A stretch of 52,177 nucleotides of DNA. Origin: Chloroflexota bacterium (GTDB lineage Bacteria; Chloroflexota; Dormibacteria; Aeolococcales; Aeolococcaceae). A program made the position numbers and the translations under genes. Within the stretch, counting starts at the first letter, position 1; each line of letters starts with the position of its first letter. This document shows, piece after piece, positions 1 to 7,336 of this stretch. The notes beneath the pieces are model-generated. The model had not been told where the DNA came from and did not search any database. It saw only the letters and a program-made list of their open reading frames with translations. Location: NCBI GenBank assembly GCA_034666465.1, contig JAXDLT010000047.1:1-52177 (forward strand). Reading direction: 5' to 3'.

Positions 1-425
1 GAGCGCCAGCGCCGGCCCTCCGGCGGTGGATCGCCGGCGAGGATGGCCCGCACGATCGCCAGGTACTCGCGCATCTCGTCGACCGGGTGTCCGATCTCCT
101 GGCCGTGCCAGCCACCCATGGTGACCCGGTGGCCCACGCCCAACCCGAGGCGGAACCGACCGGCGGAGAGGTCGTCCAGGGTGGCCGCCGTCTGAGCCAT
201 GGACGCCGGTGAGCGATGGTAGATGGGAGCGACCGCGGTACCGAGCGAGATCCGTTCGGTCCGCATCGCCAGCCCCGCCAGCACCGTGAACGAGTCGCGG
301 GCCGCGATGTGCGAGCAGTTGACCGAGTCGTAGCCCAGCGCCTCGGCGAGCTGGGCGTGGCCGACCAGGGCGGCGAAGGACTCCCGGGCCGGGAGGAGAC
401 AGCTCAGGGCGCGGCGCGAGGTCAC
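1..425 (-). CDS. Luciferase-like (LLM class) flavin/F420-dependent oxidoreductase, N-terminal part only; the C-terminus runs off the left edge
   Basis: Not in the ORF track because there is no stop in the window. My own minus-strand translation from GTG at 425 reads VTSRRAL..AEALGYDSVNCSHIAARDSFTVLAGLAMRTERISLGTAVAPIYHRSPASMAQTAATLDDLSAGRFRLGLGVGH.., the usual N-terminal signature of LLM TIM-barrel oxidoreductases. The GTG overlaps the TGA of the upstream FAH gene (GTGA at 422-425). Confidence 0.7.
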   Translation of the reverse strand, partial: MTSRRALSCLLPARESFAALVGHAQLAEALGYDSVNCSHIAARDSFTVLAGLAMRTERISLGTAVAPIYHRSPASMAQTAATLDDLSAGRFRLGLGVGHRVTMGGWHGQEIGHPVDEMREYLAIVRAILAGDPPPEGRRWR

Positions 426-1261
426 GTGGCGACCAACGGGGTGCGCAGCTCGCCGACGCCCTCGATGGTGCTGACCAGCGTCGTGCCGCCGCGGAGGAAC
501 CGGGGCGGCGTGCGCGCCATGCCGACTCCGGGTGGCGTGCCGGTGAAGATCAGGTCGCCGGGCAGCAGCGGGCAGATGGCGGAGAGCCGGGCCACCAGCT
601 CGGGCACCGAGAAGACCATGTCACGGGTGCGGCCCTTCTGGAGCACCTCGCCATCGAGGCAGCAGGCGAGCGCCAGGTCGTCGGGATCGGCCAGCTCGTC
701 CGGCGTCACGATCGCCGGCCCGAACGGGCCGAACCCCGGGAAGGACTTGCCCAGCGAGAACTGGGGCACCGGACCGGCCAGCTGCACGGACCGCTCCGAC
801 AGGTCCTGCCCGACGGTCACACCCGCCACGTACGACCAGGCGCGCTCCGCGGCGACGTTCTCCGCCCGCCGGCCGATGACCGCGACCAGCTCGACCTCCC
901 AGTCCACCGTGCCACTGGGCAGCAGCACGGCGTCGTAGGGGCCGGTCAGACACGTGCGGAACTTGGTGAACACCGCCGGTGCCGACGGCACCGCGACGCC
1001 GGACTCGGCGGCGTGGTCGCGGTAGTTCAGCCCGATGCCGAAGACCTGGGCCGGGCGCACCAGCGGGGCGCCGACGTCGGCCGCTGTATAGGGCACCACC
1101 TCTCCACCGCCGTACCCCGCGGCCCAGTCCCTGAGCTCGTCCCACCGCGGCATCGCGTCGTCGGGATCGCGGGGGAACCGGCCATGGCTGGCCGTTTCGA
1201 CGTCCACCGCGCCGCCGTCCAGGAGGAGGGCCAACCGTCCGGATACCCGTGCTACACGCAT
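422..1261 (-). CDS. Fumarylacetoacetate hydrolase (FAH) family protein (2-keto-4-pentenoate hydratase / fumarylpyruvate hydrolase-like)
   Basis: 279-aa ORF with FAH-family strings VFGIGLNYRDHAAE, VDWEVELVAVIGRRA, GKSFPGFGPFGPAIVT and LIFTGTPPGVG. Its ATG lies 4 nt after the dioxygenase stop. Confidence 0.9.
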   Translation of the reverse strand: MRVARVSGRLALLLDGGAVDVETASHGRFPRDPDDAMPRWDELRDWAAGYGGGEVVPYTAADVGAPLVRPAQVFGIGLNYRDHAAESGVAVPSAPAVFTKFRTCLTGPYDAVLLPSGTVDWEVELVAVIGRRAENVAAERAWSYVAGVTVGQDLSERSVQLAGPVPQFSLGKSFPGFGPFGPAIVTPDELADPDDLALACCLDGEVLQKGRTRDMVFSVPELVARLSAICPLLPGDLIFTGTPPGVGMARTPPRFLRGGTTLVSTIEGVGELRTPLVAT

Positions 1262-1265
1262 GGCA

Positions 1266-2204
1266 TCACCCCCGAGCGTGCGAGGCGGTCATCAGCTCGG
1301 CGAGATCCTCGGGCTGGATGAACGAGGGCGGGGGTGGCGGGCCCCAGTTGTAGAGCCCCCGCGCGCCCTCGACGACCGACGGCTTCCACAGCGCGTCGGA
1401 CACGATGCAGTCCAGGTCGCTGTAGTACTCGCTGAAGTTGCCGGCCGGGTCACGCAGGTACCAGAAGAAGTTCGAGCCGATGTGGTGGCGGCCCAGTCCC
1501 CAGACGTGGCGTTCGGGATGGCCTTCGAGCATCCTCGTGGCACCCCGGCCGACCTCGTCGACGTCGTCGACCTCCCAGGCGGTGTGGTGGAGGAAGTTCA
1601 GCGGCGCCTGCTGCACCAGCAGATTGTGGTGGTCGGTGGAGCAGCGCATGAAGCTGGCCAGCCCGGGAACCTCGTCACTGATCCTGAACCCCAGCCCCTC
1701 GACGAAGAACCGCTGGGTTGTGGCGCGGTCGACCGAACCGATGACCACGTGTCCGAGCTTGCGGGGCTGCACCGGGGCCTCCCGTTCCACCGCCGGGGCG
1801 CGTCCGTTGGGGCGGTCGGCCCGGCCCGGCCCGTTGGTCGGCTCCGGCGCCACCGGTTGCTCCGTGATCTCCGGGGCGACGGTCACGGTGACCTCGAGGC
1901 CGGAGCCGGGATCCACCGTCCACAGGGCATCGCCGGTGCCCTCACAGGCGATGTCCAGCCGGGTGATGCCGGCCCGAAGCCGGCCGATGTCGTCCGCGTC
2001 ATGGGCGCCGACGCCGATGCGCACCAGCCCGCGACGGGATGCCGGAACGATCTCCAGCTGCTCGCCTCCGTCGCGGGTGGCGAACCGCACCGCCCCTTCC
2101 GGGGACGTGCCCGTTCGCGTGAGACCGAAGTCGGCGTAGTACGCCGCCGTCTCCTCGACGTTCGGGACACCCACGGTGATCGACGTCAACCGATGCAGGC
2201 TCAT
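1266..2204 (-). CDS. Two-domain VOC-superfamily extradiol ring-cleavage dioxygenase (catechol 2,3-dioxygenase-like)
   Basis: 312-aa ORF with SITVGVPNVEETAAYYADFGL (domain 1) and LGHVVIGSVDRATTQRFFVEGLGFRISDEV..HHTAWEVDDVDEV..RHHIGSNFFWYLRDPAGNFSEYYSDLD (domain 2, carrying His/His/Glu-type metal-ligand context). GGAG lies 7 nt before the ATG. Confidence 0.85.
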   Translation of the reverse strand: MSLHRLTSITVGVPNVEETAAYYADFGLTRTGTSPEGAVRFATRDGGEQLEIVPASRRGLVRIGVGAHDADDIGRLRAGITRLDIACEGTGDALWTVDPGSGLEVTVTVAPEITEQPVAPEPTNGPGRADRPNGRAPAVEREAPVQPRKLGHVVIGSVDRATTQRFFVEGLGFRISDEVPGLASFMRCSTDHHNLLVQQAPLNFLHHTAWEVDDVDEVGRGATRMLEGHPERHVWGLGRHHIGSNFFWYLRDPAGNFSEYYSDLDCIVSDALWKPSVVEGARGLYNWGPPPPPSFIQPEDLAELMTASHARG

Positions 2205-2249
2205 GGCGTGGCTCCAGGAGGCGCGACCCGGGAAGGGGGCTGGTCACTT

Positions 2250-2276
2250 CATCGATACGAGAGCATAATATCGAAA
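2250..2276. promoter_or_regulatory. AT-rich divergent promoter region with two TATCGATA-like boxes (putative GntR operator)
   Basis: cATCGATA at 2250-2257 and TATCGAaA at 2269-2276 sit in the 123-bp gap between the divergent dioxygenase and monooxygenase genes. A perfect TATCGATA recurs at 4090-4097, upstream of the GntR gene. Confidence 0.4.
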
Positions 2277-2327
2277 TTCTGATCCGGCAAGTCCCCCCGG
2301 GTGCCGACGGACGAAGGAGTGGTGGTG

Positions 2328-4103
2328 ATGGCCGACATCGAAGTTCCGGTCCTGATCGTGGGAGCGGGCCCCGCCGGGCTCGCCGCCTCCAACCTGCTCT
2401 CCCGGTACGGCGTGCGCCACCTCCTCGTCGAGAAGCACCCGGGCACCGCGCACACCCCCCGGGCCCACATCGTCAACCAGCGCACGGTCGAGATCCTCCG
2501 GCACATGGGCCTCGAGGAACGGCTGCGCGCCGTCGCCACCCCGAACGAGCTCATGGCCAACAACGTGTGGCACACGAGCCTCGCCGGGCTCGAGGTCGCC
2601 CGGCTGCACGCATGGGGCAGCGGCCCGGACCGGGCGGCGGACTACCGCAGGGCCAGCCCCTGCCCCATGGTCAACTGCCCGCAGACGGTGCTCGAACCGG
2701 TGCTGCTCGAGGCCGCCCGCGAGCGGCCCGAGGCCGACATCCGGTTCGGACACGAATTCCTCTCCTTCGTCCAGCACCCGGACGGCGTCAGCGCGACGAT
2801 GCGGGAGCGCGCGTCGGGGACCACCTACGAGGTCCGCTGCGACTACCTCATCGGGGCCGACGGGGGGCGCAGCCGGGTGGTGGAACAGGCGGGGCTGCCG
2901 ATCGAGGGCGAATCCGGACTGGCCACCGCCGTCAACGTGTGGTTCGAGGCCGACCTGGCCCGCCACCTGGCCCACCGGCCGGGGGTCCTGTACTGGCACG
3001 CCGCACCGGGCACGCCGTTCCTGACCGGCGCCGGCACGCTCATCTGCCACCGGCCGTGGAACGAGTTCGTGATGGTCTGCTCCTACGATCCCGCCACCGA
3101 GACCATCCCGCACAGCGAGGACTTCGCGGTCGAGCAGATCCGTCAGATCGTCGGTGACCCCACGATCGCGCCGGTGATCAAGGGCTTCTCCACCTGGACG
3201 ATCAACCATCAGGTCGCCGGGCGGTACCGCGACGGGCGCGTGCTGGCCATCGGCGATGCGGTCCATCGGCACCCACCCACCAACGGGCTCGGCCTGAACA
3301 CCTCCGTCGCCGACGCCTTCAACCTCACCTGGAAGCTCGCCATGGTGCTCCGCGGTCAGGCCGGTGCGGCTCTGCTCGACACCTACAGCAGCGAACGCCA
3401 GCCCGTCGGACGCCAGGTGGTGGACCGTGCAATGCAGAGCGCCCAGGAGATGGCCGCCGTCAAGGAGGCGCTCGGGTTCGTCCCCGACCAGTCCGAGGCC
3501 GACGGCTGGGCGGCGCTCGACGGGCTCTACCAACCGGGGCCCGCCGGCGACCGGCGCCGAGCCGCCCTGCGCGAGGCGCTGACGCTGATGAACTACCAGT
3601 TCAACGCCCACGGGGTCGACCTCGGCTACCGCTACCGCTCCGGTGCCATCGTGCCCGACGGCACCCCCGAACCTCTCCCCGACCGTGATCCGCAGCTGTA
3701 CTACCAGCCCACCACCTGGCCCGGCGCCCACCTCCCCCACGCCTGGCTGGACGGGCCGGGCCGGCGGATCTCCACCCTGGACCTGGTCGCCGGCACGCAT
3801 TTCAGCCTCCTCACCGGGATCGGAGGCGAGGGCTGGACCGCCGCCGCCCGCCGCGCCACGGAGGTCACCGGCGTCCCGATCGACGTCCATCACGTCGGCA
3901 CCCGGGACGGCCTGTGCGACAGCTACGGCGACTGGGCCGAACTGCGAGGGGTGCAGAGCACCGGAGCGCTGCTGGTTCGCCCCGACCGCCATGTCGCCTG
4001 GCGGGCGGAGCAGTACACCTCCGACGCCGCCACGGCCCTGTGCGACGCGGTGCAGCAACTTCTCGTGAATGTCCACACATCCGAGAAAATATCGATACAG
4101 TGA
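2328..4103 (+). CDS. FAD-dependent aromatic-ring (phenol-type, PheA/TfdB/MhpA-like) monooxygenase
   Basis: ORF 2301..4103. VLIVGAGPAGLAASNLLSRYGVRHLLVEK is a Rossmann GxGxxG motif, GDAVHRHPPTNGLGLNTSVADAFNLTWKL is the FAD-binding motif, and there is a long C-terminal thioredoxin-like tail. I prefer ATG 2328 (MADIEVP) because GAAGGAG lies 8 nt upstream. Confidence 0.9.
   Translation: MADIEVPVLIVGAGPAGLAASNLLSRYGVRHLLVEKHPGTAHTPRAHIVNQRTVEILRHMGLEERLRAVATPNELMANNVWHTSLAGLEVARLHAWGSGPDRAADYRRASPCPMVNCPQTVLEPVLLEAARERPEADIRFGHEFLSFVQHPDGVSATMRERASGTTYEVRCDYLIGADGGRSRVVEQAGLPIEGESGLATAVNVWFEADLARHLAHRPGVLYWHAAPGTPFLTGAGTLICHRPWNEFVMVCSYDPATETIPHSEDFAVEQIRQIVGDPTIAPVIKGFSTWTINHQVAGRYRDGRVLAIGDAVHRHPPTNGLGLNTSVADAFNLTWKLAMVLRGQAGAALLDTYSSERQPVGRQVVDRAMQSAQEMAAVKEALGFVPDQSEADGWAALDGLYQPGPAGDRRRAALREALTLMNYQFNAHGVDLGYRYRSGAIVPDGTPEPLPDRDPQLYYQPTTWPGAHLPHAWLDGPGRRISTLDLVAGTHFSLLTGIGGEGWTAAARRATEVTGVPIDVHHVGTRDGLCDSYGDWAELRGVQSTGALLVRPDRHVAWRAEQYTSDAATALCDAVQQLLVNVHTSEKISIQ
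4090..4097. promoter_or_regulatory. Perfect 8-bp palindrome TATCGATA, 45 nt upstream of the GntR start (putative autoregulatory operator)
   Basis: Read directly as aaaaTATCGATAcag. It overlaps the last codons of the monooxygenase gene and uses the same motif as 2250-2276. Confidence 0.35.
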
Positions 4104-4141
4104 TGGAGTGATTCCAGGATGAGGCGCAGTCTGAGCGACGG

Positions 4142-4861
4142 ATGAGCACGCGAACGGAAGCGGTCTACGACGAGCTGCGTCGCGAACTGCTCGACCTCAG
4201 CGGGCAGTTCGAGCCGGGCCAGCGGCTCAAGCTGCTCCCGCTCGCCGAGCGCTTCGACGCCAGCCTGTCGGTCATCCGCGAGGCGCTCACCCGGCTGGCC
4301 GGGCAGGGGCTGCTGGTGGCGACCCCGCAGCGCGGCTTCAGCGTGCGGGAGCTGTGCGTGGCCGACCTGGCCGACCTCACCGGGGTGCGGGTCCAGGTCG
4401 AGTCGCTCGCCCTCCGGCAGGCGCTCCAGAACGGTGACGTCGCGTGGGAGGCGGCCGTCGTCGCCGCCCACCACACCCTGGAGCGCACCCCCGTGGCGAA
4501 CCCCACGGGCGAGTTCAACGAGGACTGGTCGGCGGCGCACCGTGCCTTCCACGAGAGCCTGCTCGCGGGCTGCGGAAGTTCGCGACTCGAGGGCATCGTC
4601 ATCTCGCTGCGGGACAGCGCCGAACTCTACCGACGCTGGTACTGGGCGCTCACCCACGACCATGCCCGGGACATCGCCGGTGAACACCGCCGGCTGCGTG
4701 ACCTCGCCGTCACCCGGGACTCGGATCCGGCCGTCGCCGTGCTGACCGAGCACATCGAGCGGGCACCCCGCGAGCTGATCGTCTACGCCGAGCACCACGG
4801 TCTGGACGGGGGTCCTCCGCAGAGACCGGCCAAGCGCCCGACGGCTACACTCGGACCGTGA
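4142..4861 (+). CDS. GntR-family (FadR/FCD subfamily) transcriptional regulator
   Basis: 239 aa. The N-terminal winged helix reads LKLLPLAERFDASLSVIREALTRLAGQGLLVATPQRGFSV, followed by an all-helical FCD-like C-terminal domain. The stop overlaps the SDR start. Confidence 0.9.
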   Translation: MSTRTEAVYDELRRELLDLSGQFEPGQRLKLLPLAERFDASLSVIREALTRLAGQGLLVATPQRGFSVRELCVADLADLTGVRVQVESLALRQALQNGDVAWEAAVVAAHHTLERTPVANPTGEFNEDWSAAHRAFHESLLAGCGSSRLEGIVISLRDSAELYRRWYWALTHDHARDIAGEHRRLRDLAVTRDSDPAVAVLTEHIERAPRELIVYAEHHGLDGGPPQRPAKRPTATLGP

Positions 4862-5613
4862 CAGTTCTCGACGGGACCGTCGCGCTGGTGACCGGCGCGT
4901 CGAGCGGCATCGGCAGGGCGACGGCGTATGCACTGGCCGGCCAGGGGGCGGCGGTGGCCCTCGCCGCCCGCCGCAGGGAACGGCTCGAGGAGGTGGCGGC
5001 CGACATCCGCCAGCGAGGAGGCACGGCCCTCGTCATCGAGAGCGACGTGACCGACGAGCACCAGGCGTCCGGCGCGGTCGAACACGCGGTGTCCGAGCTC
5101 GGGAGGCTCGACACGCTGGTCAACAACGCCGGCACGATGCTGCTCGGGCCCGCCGCCGGCGCCCCGCTCGACGAGTGGCAGCGGATGGTGGAGCTGAACG
5201 TGCTCGGCCTCCTCTACTGCACGCACGCGGCGCTCCCGCATCTGCTCGAGGCCGTGGACCGGGAACCCCGGCGTGTGGCCGACGTCGTGAACATCAGCTC
5301 GGTGGCCGGACGCTTCGCCCGCAACGGCAACGCCGTCTACGCGCTGACAAAATTCGGGGTCGGCGCGTTCAGCGAGTCGCTCCGCCAGGAGGTGACGAGG
5401 CGGTACCTGCGAGTGTCGCTGGTCGAGCCGGGCGCGACCGCCACGGAGCTCGCGAGCCACAACCGTCCCGAGATTCTCGAGAGCATCCGCACCCAGTTCG
5501 GGCAGACGATGGCCGCTGAGGACATCGCCGACGCGATCACCTACATCGTCACGCGGCCCCGTCATGTCACCATCAACGAGATCCTGATCCGGCCGACCGA
5601 ACAGGAGCGCTGA
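4858..5613 (+). CDS. Short-chain dehydrogenase/reductase (SDR)
   Basis: 251 aa with VALVTGASSGIGRATA (TGxxxGxG), NNAG and SSVAG..YALTKF (YxxxK). The GTG at 4858 overlaps the GntR TGA (GTGA). Confidence 0.9.
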   Translation: MTVLDGTVALVTGASSGIGRATAYALAGQGAAVALAARRRERLEEVAADIRQRGGTALVIESDVTDEHQASGAVEHAVSELGRLDTLVNNAGTMLLGPAAGAPLDEWQRMVELNVLGLLYCTHAALPHLLEAVDREPRRVADVVNISSVAGRFARNGNAVYALTKFGVGAFSESLRQEVTRRYLRVSLVEPGATATELASHNRPEILESIRTQFGQTMAAEDIADAITYIVTRPRHVTINEILIRPTEQER

Positions 5614-5841
5614 CCGGACGGTCGGCCCGCCCTACGAGGGTTCCTTTCGGGCATCAGGCCGGCCGCCGCCAGGTGGAACAGCCCGGCAGCAGCTTGCGCC
5701 AAGCGCTCGACGGCAGCGTGGCGGCGAACGCCCGGGGCGACCCAGTCCCGTGATAGGTTTCGTCGCCGGAGCCGGGACGAGCGCACCGTCGGAGCACGGC
5801 CTCCTCACCGCGATCGTGGCACAACAGCGAAGGAATGCTCG

Positions 5842-6279
5842 ATGAGTCAGCTCTTCCATCAGGTCCTGCGTACCCACCAATGGATCTACGAGCACACCGA
5901 CGGCTTCCTCGGCCACCGGCTGCTCTTCGGTAACCCCACGCTGCTGCTGCGCACCACCGGCCGGCGCACCGGCCTGCCTCGCACCAACGCCCTCACCTAC
6001 GCCCGCGACGGCGACGCCTACCTGATCGTCGCCTCCAAGGGCGGCGCGCCCACACCTCCTGCGTGGCTGGCGAACCTGAAAGCCAACCCCGAGTGCGAGA
6101 TCCAGATCGGCCGCCACCGCCACCGCGTCACCGCCCGCCCAACCCTGCCCGACGACCCCGACTACGCGCGTCGCTGGACGATCGTCAACGCCGTGAACAA
6201 GCACCGGTACACGCAGTACCAGAAGAAGACGGAACGTCCCATCGCCATCGTCGAACTGCGGCCCACGCCCACAGCCTGA
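5842..6279 (+). CDS. Deazaflavin (F420H2)-dependent nitroreductase family protein (Ddn-like, split beta-barrel)
   Basis: 145 aa. LLLRTTGRRTGLPRTNALTYARDGDAYLIVASKGGAPTPPAWLANLKANPECEIQIG is the characteristic motif block of this family. GAAGGA lies 7 nt upstream of the ATG. Confidence 0.85.
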   Translation: MSQLFHQVLRTHQWIYEHTDGFLGHRLLFGNPTLLLRTTGRRTGLPRTNALTYARDGDAYLIVASKGGAPTPPAWLANLKANPECEIQIGRHRHRVTARPTLPDDPDYARRWTIVNAVNKHRYTQYQKKTERPIAIVELRPTPTA

Positions 6280-6321
6280 CACGTTGTAGGCCGGGGGCCC
6301 GGTGCCTGACCGTGGCGAAGG

Positions 6322-7212
6322 TCAACTCGATGGGGTCGGACCGTCCATCAACGCGCTGGCGTGATCGGCGACCCACTGGCGAAACGATCGCGGCGCAGAT
6401 CCGAGGATGTCGAACACCGTGGAGGTGATGAACGCCGGCCTTCCAATCGTGGCGCCCCACGCGGCGAGCAGCATGTCCACGACCGGGCGCGGCCAGCTTC
6501 CCTCCGTCTCGCTTCGAAACTCGTCCGGCGACAGCTCCTCAAATATGATCCGACGCCCCAGGACGTCACCGATGATGCTCACCTGCTCTGCCTGACTCAG
6601 TGACTCGGGGCCCGTGAGGACGTAGTCGCCTCCAGCATGTCCGTCCTGATACAGGGTCCGCGCCACGACGGCTGCCACGTCGCGGTCATCGACGGGTGCC
6701 GTCTCGGCAGCGCCGTACGGCCACCGGACGACACCGTCGGCGCGAATCGCAGTCGCCCACCAGAACAACGGGTTCGACGCGAACATCCCCGGCCGGATGA
6801 TCGTCGACTCGAGCCCGGCGGCCGCGATGAGCCGCTCGATATCGGCGTGGAGCACCGCCATTGGATTCGGTTGCTGGAAGAAAGGGTGCGGGGTCTGGTG
6901 CGGTGATGAGAGAAAGACGACACGCCGCGAGTGGGTTGCGAGACGCTCGACAACTGCCGGAGCAGTCGTCGGCGGGGCGGTCCAGACGAGGAAGACGGCA
7001 CTGACACCTCGCAGTCCTGCGTCGAGCGATTCGGGCACGGTGAGGTCGCCGGTGACGACTTCGACGTTCGCTGGCAGCGTCGCCGCCGCCTCGGAGCGAT
7101 GCGTGAGGGCGCGGACCGGCACGCCCGCGTCTATGAGTAGGTCGACGACGGCGCGCCCGACCCGGCCGGTCGCTCCGGTGACGAGCACCGGAGGCACTCG
7201 CGTCCGTGTCAT
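6322..7212 (-). CDS. NAD(P)H-binding NmrA/SDR-a5-like protein
   Basis: ORF 6322..7290. VLVTGATGRVGRAVVDLLIDAGVPVRALTHR is a Rossmann motif. I prefer ATG 7212 (MTRTRVPP), which has GAGG 5 nt upstream; the longer N-terminus looks non-coding. Confidence 0.8.
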   Translation of the reverse strand: MTRTRVPPVLVTGATGRVGRAVVDLLIDAGVPVRALTHRSEAAATLPANVEVVTGDLTVPESLDAGLRGVSAVFLVWTAPPTTAPAVVERLATHSRRVVFLSSPHQTPHPFFQQPNPMAVLHADIERLIAAAGLESTIIRPGMFASNPLFWWATAIRADGVVRWPYGAAETAPVDDRDVAAVVARTLYQDGHAGGDYVLTGPESLSQAEQVSIIGDVLGRRIIFEELSPDEFRSETEGSWPRPVVDMLLAAWGATIGRPAFITSTVFDILGSAPRSFRQWVADHASALMDGPTPSS

Positions 7213-7336
7213 GAGGACCTCGACGTCGTCCGCGGTCGGCGCACGGAATGAATCATGCCATCTTCCTGGGAGCGGATGAAGGTCAATCACGCGGCGTTGT
7301 TACGGACCACCAGCGCGAGCTCGGCCCTCCGCCCCG

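Noticed and set aside
2244-4076. 610-aa minus-strand ORF antisense to the FAD monooxygenase gene. Similar long antisense or off-frame ORFs include 13617..15197 +, 18827..20995 +, 21069..23846 -, 24379..26067 +, 26332..28686 +, 32459..34351 +, 36115..38784 +, 42158..43360 -, 43199..44938 +, 46445..47632 -, 46777..48201 -, 47720..49426 - and 49339..51015 -.
   Set aside because: Their products are dominated by Arg/Gly/Ala/Pro/Asp runs with no family motifs. Each lies opposite, or out of frame with, a gene that has clear motifs and high GC3. Long spurious ORFs are expected at this GC content because stop codons are AT-rich.
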